Source: Clostridia bacterium
GTDB taxonomy: Bacteria > Bacillota > Clostridia > Christensenellales > CAG-138
Reading direction: 5' to 3'
Length of the DNA stretch: 64,000 nt
NCBI GenBank assembly: GCA_035399665.1
Contig: DAOPJM010000003.1
Coordinates: 16,074-80,073, forward strand
Position 1 is the stretch's first letter; every line of letters begins with the position of its first letter. Of the stretch, positions 8,858 to 16,608 are shown in pieces. Below the pieces are notes generated by a model. That model saw only the letters and a list, made by a program, of their open reading frames with translations. It was not told where the DNA came from and made no database searches. The position numbers were made by a program, and so were the translations under genes.

Positions 8858-9558
8858 TTCTTGTCTTCCTCCGTATCCTCAATGATCATGCCGTCTTGGA
8901 TTCTTATCACCCTGTCCGCATAGGTTGCGACGTGCGGATCATGTGTTACCATGATTAAAGTCTTGCCCTGTTTTCTGCAAATGTCACAAATGACCTCCAT
9001 TACCTCGTCAGAGGTCTTGGAGTCCAGGTTGCCGGTAGGCTCATCGGCAAATACGACGTCAGGGCGAACGACCAGCGCTCTTGCAATACCGACACGCTGC
9101 TGTTGTCCCCCGCTCATCTGCATGGGTTTATGCTTCAAATGAGTTTCAAGTCCGACAGCCTTCAGCATCTCAGCGGCAAGCCTGTTGCGCTTTGCCGTTG
9201 GAACGCCTCTGAATGAAAGCGGGAACGCCACGTTCTCAACCGCTGTGTAATACGGCATTAGATTGAACGACTGAAACACAAAGCCAACGTGCTTCTGCCT
9301 GAAGACTATAAGCTCGCTCTCACTCATCTTATCCAAACGCTTGCCCGCTATCTTGATGCTTCCGCTTGTCACCCGCTCAAGCCCCGCCATGAGGTTCAAC
9401 AATGTGGATTTGCCCGACCCCGACCTGCCGATTATGCAGCAAATCTCGCCTTTATCGATACAAAGGTCTACCCCTTGGAGAGCGTTAATGTCAACGCTCC
9501 CGACGCGGTAAACCTTCGTAACCTTTTTAACCTCTATGAATGCAGATTTCGTTTCCAT
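8854..9558 (-). CDS. ABC transporter ATP-binding protein (MacB/LolD-like)
   Basis: Walker A GRSGSGKST, signature SGGQQQRV, Walker B VVFADEPT. Confidence 0.9.
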   Translation of the reverse strand: METKSAFIEVKKVTKVYRVGSVDINALQGVDLCIDKGEICCIIGRSGSGKSTLLNLMAGLERVTSGSIKIAGKRLDKMSESELIVFRQKHVGFVFQSFNLMPYYTAVENVAFPLSFRGVPTAKRNRLAAEMLKAVGLETHLKHKPMQMSGGQQQRVGIARALVVRPDVVFADEPTGNLDSKTSDEVMEVICDICRKQGKTLIMVTHDPHVATYADRVIRIQDGMIIEDTEEDKK

Positions 9559-9630
9559 ACTGCCCCCTGTTTAATGCACATACATAATACCATATGCAGC
9601 GTCAAAAGGTTGCAGCAGATACAATATATT

Positions 9631-10890
9631 TTATCCGTAATAGATGTCGGATGAGACGTATGCTATTTCCGCTATTGAGGGATATCTGTCCTCATACGCA
9701 AGCACGCGCCTTATCAGCTCGCCGCTTGCATCATAGTATTCGAGGTAGGTTCTTGACGTCCTTCCTCGCCGCCCCTCACGCTCAATCACCTTTGTACCCG
9801 ATTCTAAGCTCTCGTCAAGGTAATAGACAGGATCAAGCGAAGCAAGTCTGGAAGTCTGCTCAGAGCTTATCTCGATGTGATCGTACTCGGAGGACTTTCT
9901 TCCGTAGATACGGACAGTGATGGTCAAAGCCTCGGTATCGACATTTGCGATTATGCGTATCGGCGCTTCGCTTGTATTTCTGAATATGAAATCCTTTTTG
10001 CCTGTGCTTATTGTCGCGTCTCTGCCTATCGGCACATAACTCATAGGCCAGCTGTGGTGATGCCTCTCGACTATCTCCATATCGCACATCAGTACTGCGT
10101 TAAATAATGTGCTTGACACTTGGCAAACTCCCCCGCCGTACTCCTGAGCATAGGCTCCGCCGCTTATTGCTGCGGCCTCCTTCCAACCGTTCTTTTCGTT
10201 CCTGTCTCCTATTGTGTCGTTCATGCTGAATTTCTCGTTGGGTTCAACGACACAGCCGTTTATCATCTCGGCCGCTTTCACAATATTGTAAACACGGTTC
10301 TTCTTCCTGTGTGCCTTGGTATCAAACGAGGTAGTAAACTCAGCAATCAGGCTGTTGTCCGTTTCAAGCTGTTCGCGTGACACATTAGCGTTGACGGTCT
10401 CATATGGAATGACAACTGATGAAGCTCCGTCGTTTACAGCCGCAATCAAAGCGTTGACAAAGCCTTCCTTGTCTATGGCAAGTCCGTCCTTTTCATCCGA
10501 AAAACTGCATGAGTTGTTCGGGTCATTCGTATATTCCGCCGTTGCGTCAACCGCAGCAATGTCATGCGCAGAAGCCAAACCTCCAACAATCGTTAGCGCG
10601 GTGCTCTCGTCAAGCTCTATACCGCTCTCTGTTATCCTCACCCCCAACTCCCACAACGGTACCTCGGTACTGCTCCCGTTAGGCAAGATAAGGGTCATCA
10701 TATTAAGCTTCAGCTCGCTTACGGTATTGCTGTTTTTGACTTGCGTCTTGGTCTGAGCCTCCTTTGCGGTCAATGAACAAACATTGTCGTCGTTTATGCC
10801 GTCGGAATAATTTTGCTTGTCCTCCTTAGAAGTACAAGCCAATAAAGCGCATACGCAAATGAGCATGATGATTTCGATAATTTTCTTCAT
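9631..10890 (-). CDS. VanW-family lipoprotein with a G5-like C-terminus
   Basis: The VanW core reads GGGVCQVSSTLFNAV...ERHHHSWPMSYVPIGRDATI. The start was moved to M33 (MKKIIEIIMLICVCALLAC, a lipobox), because upstream sequence contains a terminator hairpin. Confidence 0.85.
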   Translation of the reverse strand: MKKIIEIIMLICVCALLACTSKEDKQNYSDGINDDNVCSLTAKEAQTKTQVKNSNTVSELKLNMMTLILPNGSSTEVPLWELGVRITESGIELDESTALTIVGGLASAHDIAAVDATAEYTNDPNNSCSFSDEKDGLAIDKEGFVNALIAAVNDGASSVVIPYETVNANVSREQLETDNSLIAEFTTSFDTKAHRKKNRVYNIVKAAEMINGCVVEPNEKFSMNDTIGDRNEKNGWKEAAAISGGAYAQEYGGGVCQVSSTLFNAVLMCDMEIVERHHHSWPMSYVPIGRDATISTGKKDFIFRNTSEAPIRIIANVDTEALTITVRIYGRKSSEYDHIEISSEQTSRLASLDPVYYLDESLESGTKVIEREGRRGRTSRTYLEYYDASGELIRRVLAYEDRYPSIAEIAYVSSDIYYG

Positions 10891-10938
10891 GAAGTCTATT
10901 ATGTCCAGCGCTCTTGATTTACACACGCCAATTTGACA

Positions 10939-10970
10939 AAAAGCGTCGGACATTATTATCCGACGCTTTT
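10939..10970 (-). terminator. intrinsic terminator after the ADP-ribosylglycohydrolase gene
   Basis: A 12-bp perfect stem AAAAGCGTCGGA/TCCGACGCTTTT is followed by a T-run on the minus strand. Confidence 0.65.
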
Positions 10971-10992
10971 GCCAAAGCTTATCCATTCTATT

Positions 10993-11802
10993 TCATACCG
11001 TGGTATTTTGTGTTTTTGCGGGATATTTCTTTTCAAAGTTTGTTAAAATCGCAAGCAAGCGAGCATCCAAATACGAAAGTGCCTTTGCGCGAATGCCTTG
11101 TGATACGCCGTAATAAGCCTCGGCAACACCACCTGTGATTGCGGCCAATGTGTCGCTGTCGCCGCCGATGGAGATTGCGTTGCGTATCGCGTCCTCGAAG
11201 CTTACAGATTCAAAGAAGGCCTGTAAAGCCTGAGGCACGGTATTTTGACAGGTCTCGTTAAAGCGATAGCTGTCCCTTATCTCATCCAGAGTAAAGTCAA
11301 GCGTGTAGTAGTTGTCCGTGATATATTTTTGAATTTCAGACATGCTGCTTCCCGTGAGCGCAAGGAAGGCCGCAATCGCAGTCGCTTCCGCACCCTTTAT
11401 GCCCTCGGGGTGGTCGTGCGTTACTTCGGTTACGGCTTTAGAGAGCAGCTTTACCTCGTCAAGCGATGCGGCAACATAGGCGCACCCGCTTACTCGCATC
11501 GCCGCCCCGTTGCCGAAGCTGTGATAAGGCTGGGGATTATCGCTGTACATCCAATGGTAGAACCTTCCGCCGTATCCGCAATGCGGATAGGGTCTGCCTA
11601 CGCTTTGCATTGAATTAACCGCCAACAATCCCAAATCGCTGCGGTCGGGCTTGCTCTTTAGCAGAGCATCGCACAGCGCGAGCGACATCACCGAATCGTC
11701 GGTGAAGAAGCATTTGTCTATGAGTAATTCAAAATCCTTAGATCTGTGATTATCCCACTCAAAGCGCGATCCAACTATATCTCCGATTATTGCACCTATC
11801 AT
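10993..11802 (-). CDS. ADP-ribosylglycohydrolase family protein
   Basis: MIGAIIGDIVGSRFEW, DDSVMSLA and GGDSDTLAAITGG fit the ARH/DraG fold motifs. Confidence 0.85.
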   Translation of the reverse strand: MIGAIIGDIVGSRFEWDNHRSKDFELLIDKCFFTDDSVMSLALCDALLKSKPDRSDLGLLAVNSMQSVGRPYPHCGYGGRFYHWMYSDNPQPYHSFGNGAAMRVSGCAYVAASLDEVKLLSKAVTEVTHDHPEGIKGAEATAIAAFLALTGSSMSEIQKYITDNYYTLDFTLDEIRDSYRFNETCQNTVPQALQAFFESVSFEDAIRNAISIGGDSDTLAAITGGVAEAYYGVSQGIRAKALSYLDARLLAILTNFEKKYPAKTQNTTV

Positions 11803-12110
11803 GATTTCCCTCCGTTTATACTATCTGTGTACCACTTGTTTGACCGATCCGGCAGTCTAATTCATTTCCTTGCAAGCCTGCTTGAAAATTCCTCTTGAAT
11901 ATTGGATGTAGTCCCTCTATGTTCGTAATCGTCTGCTATTCTCCGAATAATGTAATATTGTTCACTCCATTTCTGCCCCTGCTGAGTATAATATCATACT
12001 CATGCTCTACTGTGCAAGTGTCAACACATTGTTACAAATGAGGCAATGAACGCCAAGCATTTTGCAGAACTGTTCGTGCATTCCCTCCCCGAATAGGTAT
12101 GAATATGACG

Positions 12111-12142
12111 GGAAAAAAGAGAGTTCCGAAAAGAACTCTCTT
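12111..12142 (-). terminator. intrinsic terminator after tRNA-fMet
   Basis: Stem AAGAGAGTTC (12117-12126) pairs with GAACTCTCTT (12133-12142). A T-run follows on the minus strand (A-run 12113-12118 on plus). Confidence 0.6.
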
Positions 12143-12145
12143 ACA

Positions 12146-12221
<76 letters not shown>

Positions 12222-12232
12222 GCGCATTTGTT

Positions 12233-12261
12233 ATGATACCACTACTGTTCCATATTGTCAA
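12233..12261 (-). promoter_or_regulatory. sigmaA-type promoter of tRNA-fMet
   Basis: Minus strand reads TTGACA (12256-12261), a 17-nt spacer, then TATCAT (12233-12238), ending 11 nt before tRNA position 1. Confidence 0.65.
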
Positions 12262-12493
12262 GGGTTAAATCACAAATATTTATTTGGTGAGAATTCGCGT
12301 ATGGCGGCAAATGATCAGAAGTTTATCCTTCGATGCTCTTTTGTACCACCACGATGAGAAACGAAACGGTCGTCAAGCTTTTCTTCGCCGTATATTAGTG
12401 CCTTGTGAAACGGAAAGTGAAACATCCGGAGATAATGTTGTTTTCGCGAAAAGCATTCGAAACAGGCAACTGAATATGCTGTCGAACAGGACT

Positions 12494-13045
12494 TCACTCA
12501 TCAAACGGTAATCGCATAAGAATGATCTCCTGCCAACCGCTTGTACGAGAACGAAAGCCCCGTGGATTTCGACCGTATTCCACAAACCCAACTTTTTCAT
12601 ACAGCGATATTGCAGTTACGTTGGCTGCCACAACACTAAGTTCGATCTGAAGGCAGCCCGCTTTCTTGGCACACTCAATGCAAGCCTCTGTCAGCGCTCG
12701 ACCAATACCCAGCCCCCAATACTCTTTGTCTATGCTGATTCCGAATTCTGTTCGATGTTTGACCTTGTCTTTTCTTCCTATTGTCTCAATACTGGCAGTT
12801 CCGATTATTCGTCCACCTACAACTGCGCATAGTTCAACCTCATCCGCACTGCTTTCCTTTTCCGCCAGGAATTTTCCTTCCTGTTCTACATCATAGCTGT
12901 TTTCTTCAGGGTAGGATAATAGAAAATCAGTTTGACCATGCGTCAAGTTGAAGTTATCGTACACTTCTTTCGCATCCGCTGCATTTGCACTCCTAAGAAC
13001 GCATTCCATGCCGTTTTGTAAAGTTATGGGTTTCTCGTATTTCAT
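12494..13045 (-). CDS. GNAT-family N-acetyltransferase
   Basis: 183 aa. The acetyl-CoA motif region reads EYWGLGIGRALTEACIECAKKAG...LSVVAANVTAISLYEKVGF. Confidence 0.85.
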   Translation of the reverse strand: MKYEKPITLQNGMECVLRSANAADAKEVYDNFNLTHGQTDFLLSYPEENSYDVEQEGKFLAEKESSADEVELCAVVGGRIIGTASIETIGRKDKVKHRTEFGISIDKEYWGLGIGRALTEACIECAKKAGCLQIELSVVAANVTAISLYEKVGFVEYGRNPRGFRSRTSGWQEIILMRLPFDE

Positions 13046-13142
13046 CCTCTACCCCTCCCCGCTTTCTGCCGCTTGTGTTTGTAATGGTCAATCACCAAAC
13101 TCATTTTTTAGTTGTCTCTGTTGGATGAACGCCATGCAACAG

Positions 13143-13175
13143 AAAATCAAAAACCACCTCCGAAGAAGTGGTTTT
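13143..13175 (-). terminator. intrinsic terminator after tRNA-Gln
   Basis: Minus strand reads AAAACCACTTC-TTCG-GAGGTGGTTTT, an 11-bp stem with a UUCG loop, followed by TGATTTT. Confidence 0.7.
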
Positions 13176-13180
13176 CTTTG

Positions 13181-13254
13181 TGGCTGCGGAACTAGGATTT
13201 GAACCTAGACAATACGAGTCAGAGTCGTAGGTGCTGCCATTACACAATTCCGCA
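13181..13254 (-). tRNA. tRNA-Gln(CTG)
   Basis: Sequence is TGCGGAATTGTGTAATGGCAGCACCTACGACTCTGACTCGTATTGTCTAGGTTCAAATCCTAGTTCCGCAGCCA. It folds as a full cloverleaf with anticodon loop CTCTGAC. Confidence 0.9.
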
Positions 13255-13266
13255 ATTTTCTCAAAG

Positions 13267-13406
13267 AAACCCGTGATGCCGTCCGTAGCAGTGATAACAC
13301 CCGCCTCTCGGCAGGTGGGTGCATGGCGGCCGCGTCTTCCTTCCCAACCGTATCGGGCGTGGAATAATCTAACCAACGTATGCTCCCGTAATCACTCTGT
13401 GGGTTT
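13267..13406 (-). ncRNA. candidate structured RNA inside the tRNA-Val/tRNA-Gln spacer (family unassigned)
   Basis: The closing helix pairs AAACCC (13401-13406) with GGGTTT (13267-13272), and GTGAT (13391-13395) with ATCAC (13273-13277). An 8-bp hairpin with a GAGA (GNRA) loop lies at 13298-13317. No internal promoter or terminator was found. Confidence 0.3.
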
Positions 13407-13440
13407 ATCACAAATTACGTAACGAACAACACAGGCTTTA

Positions 13441-13517
13441 TGGTGGGGTTAGTTGGGATCGAACCAATGACCTCTACGATGTCAACGTAGCGCTCTAACC
13501 AGCTGAGCTATAACCCC
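13441..13517 (-). tRNA. tRNA-Val(GAC)
   Basis: Sequence is GGGGTTATAGCTCAGCTGGTTAGAGCGCTACGTTGACATCGTAGAGGTCATTGGTTCGATCCCAACTAACCCCACCA. It forms a cloverleaf with one A49-C65 mismatch. Confidence 0.9.
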
Positions 13518-13529
13518 TTGACAACACTT

Positions 13530-13557
13530 ATTATACACAAAGGCGGAGAAATTGCAA
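13530..13557 (-). promoter_or_regulatory. promoter of the tRNA-Val/spacer/tRNA-Gln unit
   Basis: Minus strand reads TTGCAA (13552-13557), a 16-nt spacer, then TATAAT (13530-13535), ending 12 nt before the tRNA. Confidence 0.55.
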
Positions 13558-13668
13558 GCCCCAATTTGTAAAAAGTATATTACTATATTCTTTATACAAA
13601 GCAAAACTGTTTTGAATATCATGCAATCTTGGTTTCTTAGAAAATATCACACTTTTTGCTCTTTTCAC

Positions 13669-13697
13669 TTGACCCGTAACAGATGTGCGGGTATAAT
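13669..13697 (+). promoter_or_regulatory. sigmaA-type promoter upstream of radC
   Basis: TTGACC (13669-13674), a 17-nt spacer, then TATAAT (13692-13697). Confidence 0.6.
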
Positions 13698-13726
13698 CAA
13701 GATATCGTTTATGACTGCGGGGACCG

Positions 13727-14425
13727 GTGTTGAACTCATCAAAAGTGCCAAAATATATAGTTACAAATTACACTCATGAGGATCTTGAGCTCCTCGGCAA
13801 GCTCATCAGCGCAACTCTTCATTCAGGGAATAATTCAGAGCTTGCCGAATCGCTGCTGTCCTACTACGGTTCGCTCAAGAACACACTTGCGGCGGGTTAT
13901 CTCGCGCTCACTTCCATCAATGGGGTAAGCGAACAGCTTGCCATACAATTTGGTCTTCTTTACTCCACCGTAGGCGTAATCATGAGAAATTCAGTTAAGA
14001 AGCGCGGTGGTAAGTATTGCTTAAAGCTGATTGAGGACGCGTGCATGTTCGCCTCTGCAATTTCATGGCGTGACAGGTATGAGACGCTTAGGGTCATTAC
14101 ACTTGATGATAGATACTGCGTAGCTGCGACTACAAAGATTTCGGACGGAAATATGTCACAGGTCAAGATGAACTTCCGACGCATACTTGAGCCAACCATA
14201 ATCAGTGGCTGCAACGCTTTCATCATTGTTCACAATCACCCTTCGGGCGTACTTCTGCCATCCGAGGATGATGAACTTTCAAAGGATATGCTTGATGAAG
14301 TCTCCGCAAATTTGGGGGTTCAAGTCCTTGACAGTATAATAACTCATGGCACACGCGCTTTCAGCATGAGCCTTGGCCTGGAATTTGACTGTTCAAAGCT
14401 TTTGAACTTCAATCAAGCCCAATAA
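13727..14425 (+). CDS. radC: RadC-like JAB/JAMM domain protein
   Basis: HNHPSG...PSEDD is the JAMM motif, and the N-terminal region is HhH-like (LLSYYGSLKNTLAAGYLALTSINGVSEQLAIQF). GTG/TTG start with a weak RBS. Confidence 0.8.
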   Translation: MLNSSKVPKYIVTNYTHEDLELLGKLISATLHSGNNSELAESLLSYYGSLKNTLAAGYLALTSINGVSEQLAIQFGLLYSTVGVIMRNSVKKRGGKYCLKLIEDACMFASAISWRDRYETLRVITLDDRYCVAATTKISDGNMSQVKMNFRRILEPTIISGCNAFIIVHNHPSGVLLPSEDDELSKDMLDEVSANLGVQVLDSIITHGTRAFSMSLGLEFDCSKLLNFNQAQ

Positions 14426-15608
14426 AGGCTTGATCGCCTTTGGCGTTGACAAGCTGTATTACTACATTTTCCGCTTTCGGCAGCTGAAGCTTTGTCCCCG
14501 CGTGGGGATTCATGCACAGGTGAACGGGTAAATAGCAGTCACCCTCCACCGTCCCTGAAGCCGCGTATATCAATGGGCTTTCATCCTTTGCAAGCCTTGC
14601 GCTTTGAAGCTCTAAAAACTTCACGCCAAGCTTCTCGCTTATCCCGTATTCAAACTCGCATTCGCAATCGTCACATGGTCTGTAAAACGAAAGCGTTGTC
14701 TTCTCCGACTCCCACAGTGGTCTTTGGTCTCCCAGCGCAGACATCCGCATCCTCAAGGAATAGAGCGCAAGAGGCGACTTATCAACAGCTACGAAACGAC
14801 GCTTGTTAAGGCTGGCCGATACGCAGGTAGTACCGCTGCCCGAAAACAGATCCATGACGACGTCGTTCTCCTGTGATGAGCTTAGTATTATCCTGTCCAT
14901 CAGAGCAAGGGGCTTTTGCGTTGCATAGCCTGTGCGTTCCTTGTCATGCTGCTGCAAATGAACAATATCCGACCACACATCCGTGGGATAGATCATTGAA
15001 TCCTCATAGTAGGTGTACAATTTTCCGCCGGAACGAATTGAGTATGCTATCCTGCCATCCTCACTGATAAAGCGTTTCATGTGGTTTCTGCGTTCGGGCC
15101 CACGCGCAACGCCTACTGCTGCTATATTGAAATATTGCTTATCGGATTTACGATAAAAGAGTATGGTATCATGCTTGCGCGGGAAATATTTCTTGCTCCT
15201 TCCACCCGTCTTGTAAGGCCAAATAATCTCGTTTTGGAAATTATCCTCTCCGAAAAGCTTGTCAAGCAGCAAACGCATTCGGGCAGTCGTCCTATAATCG
15301 ATATGAAGAAAGATAGAGCCGCTTGGCTTCAGCATGGTATGGCAGGCTGTCAATATCTTCTCCATCCATTCCGTAAACTGCTCTATCGTCCTGTCATCGC
15401 TGTATGCAAGGACAGACAAGGCATTTTTGCCTTTGCCTATCTTTAGCTTGAAGTCATTGCCCGTGCAAAAAGGCGGGTCGAGATAGATAAGCTGAACCTG
15501 AGCCTTGTATTTTTCGCAAAGCATATCGAGCTGTTCATCGCAATTTCCGAGATAAAAAACACCGTTTCCCCAAGTGCCGTACCGTTCCTCCGTACAATAA
15601 AACCTCAT
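14409..15608 (-). CDS. DNA methyltransferase, beta class, probably N6-adenine; no cognate nuclease seen
   Basis: Motif IV IYLDPPF precedes motif I VVMDLFSGSGTT. An extra Cys-containing C-terminal region of about 100 aa is present (CDDCECEF). The start was set at M14, because the upstream ATG overlaps a TATAAT box. Confidence 0.85.
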   Translation of the reverse strand: MRFYCTEERYGTWGNGVFYLGNCDEQLDMLCEKYKAQVQLIYLDPPFCTGNDFKLKIGKGKNALSVLAYSDDRTIEQFTEWMEKILTACHTMLKPSGSIFLHIDYRTTARMRLLLDKLFGEDNFQNEIIWPYKTGGRSKKYFPRKHDTILFYRKSDKQYFNIAAVGVARGPERRNHMKRFISEDGRIAYSIRSGGKLYTYYEDSMIYPTDVWSDIVHLQQHDKERTGYATQKPLALMDRIILSSSQENDVVMDLFSGSGTTCVSASLNKRRFVAVDKSPLALYSLRMRMSALGDQRPLWESEKTTLSFYRPCDDCECEFEYGISEKLGVKFLELQSARLAKDESPLIYAASGTVEGDCYLPVHLCMNPHAGTKLQLPKAENVVIQLVNAKGDQAFIGLD

Positions 15609-15858
15609 GCTCCCACCTGCCCTCTCACCATATATATTATTATACATTGATTTGACTTATAATACAAGCGGAAAAGCTACGGAACTTACACTTAGCCCAA
15701 CTTTCATTTTTCACTCCAACTTGTCATATACTTCAATATGGGCAAAGCGAAACTTTTCATATATTAATGCGCCTCTCATATTGACTTGAAGGCACTTTTA
15801 TGATATTTTTATTGATAGTTTCGAATGTCTGCTGCATTCTGTCGAAAGGAATTTGTAT

Positions 15859-16608
15859 ATGAAAATAGTAATTGATACCCCCGAGCGAATTGCCGAGCTT
15901 GCGGCCGCTCAGTACGCCGATTTGCTTGAGCGCAAGCCTGATGCAATTCTCGGCCTTGCCACAGGTTCCACCCCCCTGGGGCTTTATGGCAAGCTTGCGG
16001 AGCTTTGTTCAAATGGCAGGCTCAGCTTCGCCAAAGCTTCAAGCTTCAATCTTGATGAGTATGTAGGTCTTGATGGTACACATCCTCAATCCTATCGATA
16101 CTTTATGAATGAGAACCTGTTTTGCAAGATTGATATCGACCTCGCAAAGACGAAGGTTCCGAATGGACTTTTGGATGAGGGCCGTCAGAACTCCTTTGGC
16201 GCTTATGACCGTGAGATCGAAAAGGCGGGCGGAGTTGATTTGCAGCTTCTGGGCATTGGCAATAATGGACATATCGGCTTTAACGAACCCAACACTCCCT
16301 TTGGTTCCGAAACACATATTGTCGAGCTTACTCAATCCACCAGGGAAGCTAACAAGCGTTTCTTCGACAGCATTGACGATGTTCCGACCCACGCTGTCAC
16401 AATGGGCATAAAGACGGTCATGCATTCCAAGGGGATTATTCTCATAGCCTTAGGCAAGGCGAAGTCCGCCATTATGCAAAAGGCTCTTGAGGGTGAGGTT
16501 TGTGAGGCCGTCCCCGCTTCCGTGCTTCAGCTGCACCCGAACCTTACGGTTTACATGGACCATGACGCCGCAAGCCTTTTAGGGTATAGAGGATATTGTA
16601 ATGTCTAA
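15859..16608 (+). CDS. nagB: glucosamine-6-phosphate deaminase
   Basis: LGLATGSTP, FNLDEY and GIGNNGHIGFNEP are present. ATG 15859 sits behind an AAAGGA RBS. Confidence 0.9.
   Translation: MKIVIDTPERIAELAAAQYADLLERKPDAILGLATGSTPLGLYGKLAELCSNGRLSFAKASSFNLDEYVGLDGTHPQSYRYFMNENLFCKIDIDLAKTKVPNGLLDEGRQNSFGAYDREIEKAGGVDLQLLGIGNNGHIGFNEPNTPFGSETHIVELTQSTREANKRFFDSIDDVPTHAVTMGIKTVMHSKGIILIALGKAKSAIMQKALEGEVCEAVPASVLQLHPNLTVYMDHDAASLLGYRGYCNV

Noticed and set aside
12262-12511. A 75-aa plus-strand ORF and a 60-aa minus-strand ORF in the gap between tRNA-fMet and the GNAT gene.
   Set aside because: They lack an RBS and recognisable motifs, have a basic low-complexity composition, and overlap each other and the GNAT 3' end. 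I treat the region as non-coding or possibly decayed.
13101-13422. ORFs of 91, 68 and 63 aa overlapping the tRNA-Gln and spacer region.
   Set aside because: They run through a tRNA gene and the structured spacer. They have no RBS and are very unlikely to be coding.
13255-13440. SRP (4.5S/scRNA) assignment for the tRNA spacer, suggested by a GGGAAGGAAG tract resembling the helix-8 GGAAGGAAGCAGC motif.
   Set aside because: The flanking bases do not form the conserved helix 8. There is no UCC-GGAA-GGA closing, no AGCAGC, and no matching 5' GUCAGG strand. No Alu-domain motifs are present. It is kept only as an unassigned candidate RNA.
13518-13523. A plus-strand TTGACA immediately beside tRNA-Val, considered as an extra promoter for radC.
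   Set aside because: No -10 element lies at a workable spacing. The good TTGACC-17-TATAAT promoter at 13669-13697 explains radC transcription.
13560-15800. Calling the RadC-methyltransferase segment a bona fide mobile element or prophage remnant.
   Set aside because: I found no integrase, transposase, terminal inverted repeats or tRNA-derived att duplication. The only flanking repeat is short, imperfect and AT-rich. It is reported as a finding to test, not annotated as a mobile_element.
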